Origin: the human T2T-CHM13v2.0 reference genome, Homo sapiens
Assembly: GCF_009914755.1 (NCBI RefSeq)
Contig: NC_060947.1
DNA: 64,000 nucleotides
Strand: one strand, 5' to 3'
Both the position numbers and the translations under genes were made by a program. Positions 45,250 to 58,979 of the stretch are shown one piece after another (the stretch's first letter is position 1; each line of letters opens with the position of its first letter). Below the pieces are notes generated by a model. It worked only from the letters and a program-made list of their open reading frames with translations. It made no database searches and was not told where the DNA came from.

Positions 45250-47110
45250 AAAAAATTGTACTAAGAACACTTAACATGCGATCAACCCTTCTAACAAACT
45301 TTTTAAGAGCACAATACAGTATTTTTAAATATAGGCACAATGTTGTACAGCAGCTCTCTAGAACTTGTTCATCTTGTGTAACCAAAACTTTATGTCCACT
45401 GAATTCCCCAGTTCCCCTCCAGCAGTCGCTCCCAACCACCACTCTACTCTCTGTTTCCATGAGTCTAACTATTCTAAATATGTCATTGACATGGAATCAT
45501 GCACTATTTGCCCTTCCGTGATTGGCTTATTTCACTTCACATAATGTTCTTGAGCTCCATCCCATCCCTGTTGCCACATGCTGCAGGATTTCTTTTTTTT
45601 TAGGCTGAATAATATTCCATTGTATGTTTATACCACATTTTCTTTATGCATTCAACCATCAATGGACATTTATGTCATTTCCAAGACTTAGCTATGGTAA
45701 ATAATGCTGTAATTAACACGGGAGTGCAAATATCTCTGAGATTCTGATTTCAATTACTTTGGATATATACCTAAATATATGTGACTACTATCCAGTAGAA
45801 CTTGGATACATATTAACTCAATTAGTTGTGTGTGGGGAGGGGTAGAGAGCATGAATGTTGGCAGATTGCAGGAGTAAGGTTACATGTTACCTTGTAAGGA
45901 TTTAGCAATCCTAGTAGGATTGCTGCTTCATATGGAATTTCTACTTTTAAGTTTTTGAAGAACCTCCATACTGTTTACCATAGCAGTTGTACCACTTTAC
46001 ATTCCCACCAAAGGTAATGGATTCCAATTCTTCCACATACTGGCCAACATTTGTTATGTTTTGATTTTTTATAATAGCCATCTCTACAGATGTGAGACGA
46101 CATCTCATTAAGGGTTTGATTTGCATTCCAATGATGATTATGATGTTGAGCATCTTTTCATTTACCCATTAGCCATTTATATTCCTTCTTTTGAGAGATG
46201 ACTATTCAAGTTGTTTCTTTGTTTGTTTTTGCCATTAAGTTGTAAAAGTTCCTTTTATTTGGGGACGATAGCCCCTTATCAAATACTTGTTTTACAAAAA
46301 TTTTCTCCCATTCTGTAAGCTACCTTTACACTGTTGATTGTTTATTTTGCTGTGCAGAAGCCTTTTAATTTGATGTACTCTTTTTCTATATTCTTTTTTT
46401 TTTTTTTTTGCTTGTGTTTTGGTGTCATATACAAGAAGTCATTGGTAAGACTAATGTCAAGAAGCTCTTACCCTGTTTTCTTCTAAAATTTTATAGTTTC
46501 GGATCAGGTTGAAAGTCTGTATTTTGAGTTGATTTTTGTGTACAGTGTAAGATAAGGATCCAATTTTACGTATATCCAAGTTTTTAACACTATTTGTGAA
46601 AGAGACAATCCTTTCTTTATTGTGTTTTCTTGGCACCTTTGTCAAAGACCACTTAACTGTACATGTGTGGGTTTATTTCTGGGCTCTTTATTCTGCCTCA
46701 TTGGCCTATATGTCTGTTTTTTATGACAGTGCTACAGTGTTGTAATTACTGTAGCTTTGTAACATGTTTTGAAATCAGGAAGAATGGTGTCTCCAGCTTT
46801 TTTCTTCGTTCTCAGATTGCTTTGGTTATTCAGGGTTTTTTTGTGACTACAAATGAATTTTAGGTTGTTTTTTCTATTTCTGTAAAAAAAAAATGTCATT
46901 GGGCTTTTGATAGGGATTATATTGATCAGTTTGGATAGTATGGAGATTTAAAAAATATTAGACTTTAGGGTTTTCTACAGATAAGATTATGCCATCTGCA
47001 AACAAAGATTAATTTACTTTTTTCTTTCTGATTTTGATGCTTTTATTTCCTTCTCTGGCCTAATTGCTCTGCCTAAGGTTTCCAGTACTATGTTGAATGG
47101 AAGTGGTAAG
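45250..47110 (-). mobile_element. L1MA9-like LINE-1 3' portion, antisense
   Basis: AAGAACACTTAACATGCGATC...GGCACAATGTTGTACAGCAGCTCTCTAGAACTT 3' end; antisense ORF2 peptides (45947-46153). Confidence 0.85.
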
Positions 47111-48599
47111 TGTAGAGAAGTGATTATTTTGAAAACGTGTATTATAACAAATCAATTCTAACTATAATCTTAGAGAAAATATGTACAAATAAATTTGAAT
47201 ATGGACAACATTTAGTTGGTTACAGGAACAGATGAAAATATTGATTTGAATCAATGATGAGATTGTGGAAATTGGATTTATGTTGTTATTTTACTATTTT
47301 CAATAAGGCAGTTTTAAAAATGAGAAAAGTCCAAAACAGACTAGAATTCTAACCCATTGTTAATTACGCATAAAAGAAAATATGTTTATAAAAATATATT
47401 CAAAATGCAATAAACTAGGCAGATGTTCACAAGTGTTTCCACATGTTGGTCACTCTGGTCACACTGTAAAACCCATTTATTAGTCTATAATATCATTGTT
47501 CATATTTGCCTTTTCTCAAAATCTCCATGTCTTAGTTAACCAAGAACACTAGAAAGCAAGCAAAAAAAAAAAAATAGTAAAGAAAATTACTAAGTTTTTG
47601 AGTAAATAATGAGGTTTAATGTCAACTCTACAGTCTAATAGACACTATAAAATGTATAAAGTGAATGAATACGTTAATTTAGCCTCTTATTCTGAGGACT
47701 TATTAGGAAAACACCCACTAAGGTAATGTCCTTCTCTTGCAATCTTTTTTTCCCAGGATCTTTTCCAGCCTAAGAGTAGTGATAGATGTTTTGTTTGGAT
47801 TTTTCTGGAGGGGTAGGAATTGTGGAAGGAGCCTCTTGAAGTGTTGTTTGCGCATGCTAGATATCAGTGAATTTCTGAAAACACGGTCAAAATTTCTCTC
47901 CAAAAGGGTTTCTCAAATACTCTGAAGAGAGATATTGTTGAGAAACTGCTGAGTTGAGTCCAGTCTGATGGCACTGTTTCCTTCAAGGGTTTCAAGTTGA
48001 CAACTCATGATGAAATTCATAATTGTGTAAAGTGCATATATCTTAACATGTTTATTTCATCTGTAAATATTAATTACATATTTTGTATTGATTCTGTGGC
48101 TTTTATCTCTTTAACTGAGATTTTGTAACTGTAATTCTCGCGGCAGCTCAACAGTTTCAACGTTTTGTGGCACTAAACACCATCAAAAGCCATTATATGG
48201 CTCTCCAATCATTAAAACCTTAGTATTATGGGATCAGAGAAAAGATCTCTTTGCCTACCACCTGAGGAAAATATTACCATTATGTTGGAGATTAATGAAG
48301 TAAGGCTAAAGGCCAAAGGCAACATGGTCCTGTGTTCTACTTGACCCTGTGATCCTTTAGCACTGGATTGGGAGGCCAGGACATTTGTAAACTTTGACTT
48401 TCCAATGCACTCAGGAAAGTATGCAACCTATCCTTTTCCCTAAGCTTAAATGATTTTGATAATTAGTTTTTTAAAACTTATTATTTTTGCCCAGGTCGTC
48501 ATCTTCTTATGTGATTTTTAGATGTTCGGCTTAAATATAGTGTTTTAAATAATAAATAACATTTAAAATATAAGAAACATCTAAAAGCCATCTTAGATT

Positions 48600-48638
48600 T
48601 TTCTTTCTCTCCTTCTCTCTCTCTCTCTCATTCTCTCC

Positions 48639-48675
<37 letters not shown>

Positions 48676-48700
48676 CCCTTCTCTCTCTCTCTTTTTTTTT
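48600..48700. repeat. (CT)n polypyrimidine microsatellite directly upstream of the PABPC5 CpG island
   Basis: About 100 nt of almost pure C/T on the + strand. Confidence 0.95.
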
Positions 48701-48709
48701 AAATCTTGG

Positions 48710-49330
48710 TACAGAGGAAGCGGGAAGTTACTTAGCACGGTTCCGGGTTTCTCGCGCCCCGCCTGTCCCCCCTCCCTATCACTGCTACTGGCTCTTGGTC
48801 CCTCCGTTGGACTGTCCTGCGGAGAGAAACCCCAGCCCATCGGTCTGCGCTGGGACCGCCCGCCGCGCATCTGCCCTTCTTCGCTGACTCCGCCCCGCAT
48901 CTGGCCAGACCCGCCTCGCGTCAGAGCTGACCCACTCACTGCGCGTTTGCCAGTCAGTCTCTCCGGACCTGCCTCGAGCCTCAGGCTGCTGAAATCACCG
49001 CGCCTCACTCGGTCCGTACCCAGTGGGCATCTTGGGTATCTGGGCGGTCTTCGATCCCCCGCGCGTGTGTCTGTCTGTCTGTCTCTGTGTCCTATCCGCT
49101 GCCTGCAGCCTGCCTGCCGGTCTTATCGCACCAAGTGTCTGGTGTACCCTTTCGCAGACGCTGAGTGCGGAGAGGCCTTAGCGAAAGGCTAGCCAGCCCG
49201 AGACTGGCCAGGCAGCCGGCGGAGGAATACGCGCTCGGTCCCTGCCCTTGTTGATATCATTTTAAACCAACAGGAGCTCTAGGCCTATATTTATGCAGAA
49301 AGCGGGTCGGGAGGCCTCTGTCTGCAATGC
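48710..49330 (+). promoter_or_regulatory. PABPC5: CpG island: promoter and non-coding first exon of PABPC5
   Basis: The only CpG-dense unique segment in the window; tandem ETS-like GGAAGCGGGAAGT (48716-48728); several CCGCCC boxes; no ATG between 48710 and 49035; candidate donors TCG|GTCCGT (49011/49012) and TGG|GTATCT (49035/49036). Confidence 0.85.
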
Positions 49331-49499
49331 TAGTTGTGGGGAACCAGCCAGCTGCTTGGTGGCTTCTCACAATTTCACGGGGACAGGAAAATTACGTTTC
49401 TGGTACTGGCTTTTGAAACTGATTTTAAATCTGAACGGGTGACAATTTTAAGTCCCCGCAGGGAGAATAGATTCGTATTTGGGGCGCCTTTTTGTCTGA

Positions 49500-50843
<1,344 letters not shown>

Positions 50844-51074
50844 GAATAAGAATGCTCAGTTTGTTTCAGCCTTAGTTGGTGCCTCCTTAGTTTGGGCTCC
50901 TTTGTGATAAGGGGTTATTTTATGCTAATTCACAAGTTTTTTTTTGAAGTGAATTCTTTTGAAAAAAAAATGCAAAACTAGAAAACTTTATTCATTTTAG
51001 AATAGAACATAATTTCTAACTGTAAAATTGTCATTTTGTACTTTTTTTGATGTAATATCCTTAGAAATCTGTAG

Positions 51075-51080
51075 AATAAA
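51075..51080 (+). terminator. PABPC5: Candidate proximal polyadenylation signal AATAAA
   Basis: AATAAA 232 nt after the stop codon, with upstream TGTA motifs and a downstream U-rich tract. Confidence 0.5.
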
Positions 51081-52459
51081 GTGTATTCCTCCACTTTTTT
51101 TTCCTGAACAGTCAAGGTGAGGCAATTGATTGAGTATATTTCCCTTCTTATTTCAGTAATACTCTATTTTTTTTCATGAAAATGTCAACATGGTTCTTCT
51201 GAATCTATCACAGTGAAAAGTTCTAACTTGTTTTTGAGAAGTCAGTACAGCAGGGGAAAACATATGTGATGCAATTAACATCTGCATAATTTCACTTAAA
51301 ATTATTATGCAAAAATGAATGTTTTTTCAAAAAATGTGAAATGTATTTTATTTTCTTTATTTGTATTCTTGTTTCATTTTTTAATATGTTGTGAACATGC
51401 TACAGATTTGATAGTACTTTTGACTAAATGTTGGGAGTGGTCGTATTAACTTCTTGCCCAAAGAAGTAAGCATATTGGTGTTTTCTCAATTAGTCACTGA
51501 GAAAATTAACACTTTAGGCAGTGGCTATTTAAAGTAGGAATTGCATCTTAAAAACCTTTCCTAAGAGATTTGGTATGTGAGGATACTTTCAGTACCACTC
51601 CTACCATTCATTTTTCTAAATTCCTTAGTACATATACTTGGATCATGTTAAATTAACAAGAAAGATGAATAACTGCGCTGAATTGCCTTTACCTATAAAT
51701 AATTTAATATTTTACCTTCGGGTTTTATCAACTGTCAATATAAAAGGCAGTACTCCACAGAATGATGTTGAAAAACTTCTTCGAAGAACACCTTCTATTA
51801 AACTTGTTATCTCTTGTAAATTATTGTGTGTGTCCTTTTGATAATATTCACAGGTGTTTCAAAGGTAAGGAATAGGTTGTCTCTTGGATTAAGTCATATG
51901 CCTCCAGCCATTATATGAGAACTGTGAAACCAATATGGTTTTCTTTATGTCTTGGCTGCTTGAAAATTAAAAAAAAAAAAGGTTTGTTCAATATTGCCGT
52001 TACATTTATTAGCCTGTAATTTCTAAATTGGAGATTCTCTACATTTCACTTGCAGTTTCCTGTTCTCCTCATTGCCTGCCTTCCATTCATATTACACTTA
52101 TTTTTCTATTTTTTGTATTACCTTTTTAAAAATATATACCAGTTCAAGTCCTTTTAGGAAGAAGAAAATACCTAATTTATGTAAAATTTAAATAATTACT
52201 TTTTTATAATATGATTCACTTATGCCACAGATTCAACATTAGAATATGTTTTATCTCTACTGTCAGTTTTATTACCTTATATACAAATCTTCATTTTCAT
52301 ACATAGTACAATGTAAATATATAACTTTGTTAACACTTTTGTTAGCTCTTTGACCATAAAATATTGACAATAAGCTGTTTCTATGTATTTGTTTATCTAC
52401 AAATTACAGGTTTATCCATTTGCAAATATTTTCAAAATGGAAATCACTGTTTATATTGA

Positions 52460-52860
52460 TTATAAACATAAGACATGCTCATTGTAAAAAATGTACACAA
52501 GGCAGAAGGAAGTAAAATTTCCACAGTTCAGAAATACCACAATTAATATTTTCAATGTGTAAATATCTTTTCATAATTTTTCCTACGTATACACAAACAT
52601 TTTGACCAAAAATCCACACTATATGTACTGTTCTGTATTTTTAATTTTAAACTGAACAATAATCATCTTTTCCTGACAATAAATATCAATCTCTATCATC
52701 ATCTTAGTGACTGCATAGTATTCTATTCCCGTGTTGACATATTATAATTTATCTAAACAGTTTGCTATTGAATCTAATTTATATGATTTTTAACATTTTT
52801 ACATGCGTAAACAATGCCGTGATGAACATCACTTGCTTAAAACCGTTATTAATTACTGAC
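52460..52860 (-). mobile_element. Ancient L1ME (L1ME4a-like) 3' end, antisense, overlapping the end of the PABPC5 3' UTR
   Basis: CAATAAATAT...CATCATCTTAGTGACTGCATAGTATTCTATT...ATAATTTATCTAAAC...AAACAATGCCGTGATGAACATC follows the antisense L1ME pattern. Confidence 0.7.
52678..52683 (+). terminator. PABPC5: Candidate distal polyadenylation signal AATAAA of PABPC5
   Basis: Canonical hexamer ending the ~1.85 kb U/A-rich region; CA dinucleotides 14-18 nt downstream. Confidence 0.65.
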
Positions 52861-55800
52861 TGCAAAAAAATTTCTATAATATGTAAAAGCTTAAATCTGA
52901 TAAAAAATATGTGCACATCATATTGATATATGTATCAAAATTTTGGAATACTTTCAAGATATATTCTGCATTTAGATTGACAAATGGAAAACTAAAAACG
53001 AATATTATTTTTCATTTTTCTGAGCCAACTTGCTTTACATTATTGTGATTATTAACATATATGAAAACTATGAAACTACAAATAAAATTTAAAATGTTTA
53101 TATTGGTAATTATTTATCATATATACTCTCCATTTGTTTTTACCCATTACCAGTTTTCAGGTAAATTTATAAACCTGAAGTATCAGTGTTAGCCTGCATT
53201 CTTTACAAATGCTTTGATTCAATATAGACAGGTATCTATAATGTAAAAATTATCAAATAAAAGCATTTAATATATTTTTGGAACAATGTATTTAAACTAT
53301 TACTATTTTTCAAAAGCTAGCCAGTATAAAGAAAAGAAGAAATTAAAATATGCCTAAGAACAGATAAAATATATATGTTTAGGGCTTTGATAAACTGTTG
53401 TAAAAAACACCTTAAATTCCGTTGGTGAAAATCAAAGCAAAAACATGAAGGAAAGATATTCTCTATTTGAATGTAAACACCAGAGTAGTTTTTCAATCCT
53501 GTACTTTTGCTCATCATTTCTTTTAGCACGAGATAATTAGTACGAATTAAACAGTTAGGTTAAGAATGCACCATTTTGTACAAATTTTGTTTTGTTCTAT
53601 TTAGCTTTTCAAAACAATCACTTGTACAAACTTTAAATGTACCCAAGGAGAAGAAAACTAAAAATATTGTTTTGTAATTGCAAGCCATCATAGTCAAGGT
53701 TATTTTGAGGAGGCTTTTTTGTACAAGAAGTTGGCACATGCTGCTGCCTATCTAGTAATAATGGTTAAGGAGAAAAATAAAATGCTACACATGTAAGTCA
53801 TATTTTTAGCCCAGTGGAAAAAAGTTACTATATTTTTTTAAGGGGAGACAGGAATGGAGTGAATATCCTCTTCCCTGTAAATAAGTGGCCTAATTTAAGG
53901 GAATAATTAGACATGTATCAATATATGAATGCAGATAGATAAAACAAGTTTTTTCAGCACTTATGACAATACCTGGAATATAGTAGGCATTCCACAAGTA
54001 TTTGTGGAATGAATGAATTCATAATCTGAATTATATCCCTCCATTTGTTTGCTTTTCAATTCCCTCAATGTTTGACAAAAGAAATGAGTTATTACAGAAT
54101 AAGCCATTTGTATTAAGGCCCATTCTATGAAGCAGTAATTGAGAAATGATTGGTTACACAGACTGGTGCTTATACATAGTGCTGTTGGTTACATAGACTA
54201 GTGCTTACAGTGTAAAGGTTTTCTCAATGTTTTCCCTCTTCTCATGCTCTTTTTTTCATTATTTTTGTGTTTAATACTTGATTGATGAGCCTGTCTTCAA
54301 CAGACAAAGCTTCTAATAATTGGTGTAACTTAAATCAAACAGTCTATTTGTAGAGCAACACTTTTTATAAGTTAATGGGGTGCTCCATCGAGACCAATGC
54401 TATTTCACAAAGTCTTACTCCTGAATCGAACCGTATGACCACAGTAATCCCTGAGATACAAGAGCATGCACATTTGAAGGGAATTAATTCGTACACATTT
54501 TAGGTTTTTATTTACTGCCCATGAAATGTAACTTAACAAATGATTCCTTGAAGCCTCATGAGAGTTCATGTATCCCTCTTGGTTCCAGGGAATCATAGTA
54601 AGTATTTAAAAATCATCTAGCTACCATTGGAAATATGAGAAAATAAAGCCTTGACGAATTCAAAGTACCAATACTGAAGATATCATTCTTATAAAACTTT
54701 AAAAAACTAACTCCAAATACTTTCACCCTCAAAAGTCGCAGGCAACTTCAAAATAGCTCCCATTTGGTAGAAAAAAAGATCAGTCTATTCACTAAATTTC
54801 TCATCAAACTTTGGGAACTTCACAGTTTATTTATTTAAAAAAATATTTAGTGCTTAAGAGAGATAAGGAGTGCTGATAAGGGATGAGTGCTGATATTGTA
54901 TGGCATGACTGGCTCTGTTTTAGAGTAAGTGAAACACAAGTGTTGGAATCTTTTGTATGAAAAAATAAGTCTTCTATAATGTAAACTAAATAATTTTACA
55001 TCCTTTTGTGATTAAATTGAAACTTCTAAAAGGATAAATTATGCTTTTGAAAAATCAAGGACTTTACAAAACAGTATTTTAAAAAGTAATTTAAGCGAAT
55101 TAACACAGAATGACAGCCAACTTTTTTTTAAGTAACCTCTCTTTGAGGATATTGAGCAGACTAAATCCCTGAATAAAACAAATACAGTGAGGAATTTACA
55201 AATATTTCTTTTTCAGTGTCTCAGGAAGCCCAGAATATATCAGTAAATGGTCTTGTTGCACAAAAATCTATCATATATTAATATTTATAAATAAAGAAAT
55301 AAGAACCTACTTTAGTCTTTTTGTCTCAGAGGACAGTTTTATTACATTAAAGATGATTACAAAGCAACGCAAGTCAGCATGAATAATTTGTTTCCTTGTT
55401 TATTGCTGAATTTAAAAAAAATAGGGGAGTGGCAAATTAAGTCAAAATAATTAAAAGAAAGGATGTACAGAAATAAATGTAATTTAAATGTTAGAAATAT
55501 AAATTAATACTATAAAGGCATTAAAATTCTGCCTATTTTGATACTTAATTGAAGATAAAACATCACAAACCGTTTGTATTCAATTTGTATGGTTATTTTT
55601 ATCATTGATATGACTACTACAGTGACACTAAGCCTCAGGAGTATTTCATTTGTAAGTGAAATTGCTTAAATAATTATTGGTGCTAATCTACTTCCTTCTA
55701 CTCTCTTACCTCCCTCACTGAATCTCAATCCTATCCTTGCTGATTATGCAAAAGTACATGAGATATTTCTGGTTTATGTAGTCTGTCTAAACATCACCTC

Positions 55801-57989
55801 AGAAATTTATCTGTAACTATTAGATGTGCATGTGTTTGATATTGTACAATTTGGTGAGATAAAGCTTCAGGACTTTCACGTTACATTGTACATGGTGGGA
55901 AACTTGTCTACTGTTTAGATGTGAGTGAATGTATTTAGCTAAAGATATTCTTTTAAAAAATGTAAATTTCATAATGATGCTAATTAAACCAATGACAAAG
56001 CCATGGGGTCTGTTTGGAATTGTGGTTTCATAATGTATACATGCGCTGGAGCATATGAATATCAAAGACTAGGGAATATATCTAGAAATATATATTGCTA
56101 ATGTGGGATAAATTTTGTGGTATGAAATCATACTGCAAGCATAACAAGAGATAACGCTAAGAGAAACTGCCCAATACTTCTGAAGTGTAACATAGGCAAT
56201 GAAATTATCTAGTTGTTTCATGGAGACATATTACAATAATGTGAGCCCTCTCAGTTAAAGAGTAAAAATGTGTAGGAAGATGCAGTTTTCTGAAACTTGT
56301 ATTATATTTTGATATAAGTGAAAGAAACCATGAAAGAATGAAAAAGTATAAACTAGGTATGTCTCTTACTTTAGTCTCCAAAATGAAAAACAGTTTTACT
56401 TCAGGCAGAATAATTTTCTCAGACTACTGAGTACTGTTTGTATTATCTTTAGATTGTGAGAGATGCAGGTATATAGTTTATTGTAACGCTCAAGTATAAA
56501 AATATCTCCTGAGTACATTTTAAGGTAATATATAAACTGGGAAACAGGACTACAACCTCCCCTCAGCAGCAATTCTCATCATAAATATCATTTAAGCTGA
56601 GTTTCTGACTCAAATAATTGCTTGCTTGAAATTTTAACTGTAATCTGGGGCTGAGAAATTGGGGTTGTGACAATTATGTTTTAATTGATCTTGGGTCATA
56701 CATTTTTAGGGTATTGCTAACCTTTTCTGGTAAAGCAGTTTATCTTGCTATATATGCAAAGGTTACCTAGTGTTCAAGTTGTTGGATGAAATTTCAAATG
56801 TTTTTAAATACATAAAACAATATGGAATCTCTCCCTAAAAAAATTCTTCAGTGAATAATTAAGAACATTATATTAAATAACTTGTCAGTATTAAGAATTC
56901 ATAATTTAAAAAGAGAGGAGTTTCAGATCAATTGAATACACATTTTGAAATGCAAAAAAAAATAATAATTTTACAGTTGAAAAAATGGAAAACATATCTG
57001 CGTCAGATACTAGTTAATACATTCTCTCCAGAGAGAGAGCCCTCACAGAAATTTCTAAAGGTGATGATTAGATACAAAAGGATAAAAAAAAGTCATGGAA
57101 ATCTTTCATAACAACTCTGAAAGGAGAGTCATTTTCTCTGTTGCACCATTGATGTAGATCCAGAGGAACAATGAGAATGTAGAAAAGGTGGCAAAAAGAA
57201 AGACTTGGCCCTTGGAAATATAAACTTGTGGCACGCATTGAAAGTTCATTAAAAAGTGTCAGTATTTAATGCTAGAAATTATCTCAGAAGATACATTACT
57301 GCTTGCTTTCTTAATTTCATAGGTACTATCTAAAAGCTCCAGAACTTCTTAGAATTATTAAGGTATTAAAGCAATATTATAATAACAATGATTCTGAAAT
57401 GTGTTATAATGATTTGATTTTTGAAGCTCCCTTTGTTTGTACTGAGTTAGACACCCAAAATTTTCTCTTTCCAAGGTGTATTGGTAAATTTTTTAATTTT
57501 CTATGGCACAAATGGTAGATCATACCTATTAAAAACTCAAGATGTGCATGGCAATTGGGCTGGAGGACTGTTCTAAATATAATCAAGTTAAAATCTTTGT
57601 GTTTGTAAGGAAATTGGATGGACGAATAGATCAATGGATGGATGAATGTGAGGGTGGATGCATGCATATATAAGCAATAATAAAGATGATATAGAAAGGG
57701 AGATAAGAACAAATACAAGGATCCCAGGACTAACAATGCATCAATTATCACGTGGGCTCAAATTAGGAACCACAGACCTCTTAGTCCAAAAACAAAGCTT
57801 TGGTTCCCAAACAAGTCTATGGTCCAAAGAAAGGTGACTGGACAGGTGGACAGAACCATAGGCAAGTGTGATCCCTGTAGCAATTCACTCCAGTAAGATC
57901 TTTTTGGTGAACTAATATTTACCAGCATGCTGGTGTGGAAGCACTGGCCCACATTTAGTTAAACGACAGTATTAAAACCTGTTCAGCAT

Positions 57990-58175
57990 TTTTGTGTTTC
58001 TCAAATTGTGTTTCAAAGTGTATCAGAATCAATGGGAGTATTTGTTAAAATTTGGATTCCTAGGACTCACCCTTGGCTTACCGAATCAAATTTGATGTAG
58101 CAGTGGTGACATTGGGGTGAAGAACAGAAATCTACATTTTTTCTCATAGCTCCCAGAAGATTTTTATGCATACTT
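57990..58175. mobile_element. MER5-like hAT-Charlie MITE
   Basis: TTTCTCAAA...ATCAGAATCA...TTGTTAAAAT...GATTCCTAGGA...GAAATCTACATTTT pattern. Confidence 0.6.
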
Positions 58176-58184
58176 TTTCTGGAA

Positions 58185-58543
58185 CAGGAGTCAGCAAATT
58201 GTTTATATAAAAGTCCAGATAACAAATGTTGCAGCCCTTGTGGGCCAAGAGGAAGCATCAAGGATATTATGCAGGTTCTCATATAAGAAGAAAAAACACA
58301 TTTCCACAAATGTTAAATTTGACAAAATTCAAAATATAGTGATGATATTGAGAAGAAAAGAATACTATAATAAAATTCTACTAATGAGAAGAATTTGAGA
58401 GGGGTATATTTCACTTAAGGTTCAAAGTTAGTGTTCTCAATCATCAAATCAATTGTAAATGTGTTCACCTGTAAAAACCTTTTTTTAGCTGTGGCCATAC
58501 AAAAACAAGTGGTGGCCTGCAAGTTCTCATTTTCCAACTTCTG
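58185..58543 (+). mobile_element. MER58 (MER58D-like) hAT MITE
   Basis: CAGGAGTCAGCAAA...TTTTCCAACTTCTG TIRs; 8-bp TSD TTCTGGAA / ATCTAGAA. Confidence 0.8.
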
Positions 58544-58568
58544 ATCTAGAAACACTGTTCCAGAGGCT

Positions 58569-58917
58569 TGTCTTAGTTTCTGCTGTTAATACAAAATACC
58601 ATCAATTGGGTAGTTTGTAAACAACGAAAATTTATTTCTCACAGTTATGGAGGTTGAAAGTCTAAGATCAAGGCAGGTTAGGTGTCTGGTGAGAGCCTAT
58701 TGATCATAGACAATGCCTTCTCCCCACAGCCTCACCTGGTGGGAGGGGCAAACAAGCTCTCTTGGGTCTCTTTTATAAGGACATCAATTCTATTCATGAG
58801 GACCCTACCCTCATTCTCTAATCACCTCCCAACAGACCCTACCTCCTAATATCGCAGCTTTGGAGGTTAGGATTTTAACATGAATTTTGGAAATACACAA
58901 ACATTTCCACCATAGCA
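58569..58917 (-). mobile_element. MLT1A-type MaLR solo LTR
   Basis: TGTCTTAGT...AAACAACGAAAATTTATTTCTCACAGTT...CCATAGCA. Confidence 0.85.
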
Positions 58918-58979
58918 AGCTTAAGTATAGGATATTTTTAATAAAGAAAAACTATTTAAATATATAATTACAAACACCT

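Noticed and set aside
47700-48010. Possible upstream exon or EF-hand-like pseudogene fragment (VQSDGTVSFKGF) after an acceptor-like TTTTTTCCCAG
   Set aside because: Short resemblance interrupted by stops; I cannot assign a parent or a matching donor site.
48628-49008. 126-aa minus-strand ORF ending in REREREG repeats
   Set aside because: Explained by GC-rich island plus (GA)n microsatellite composition.
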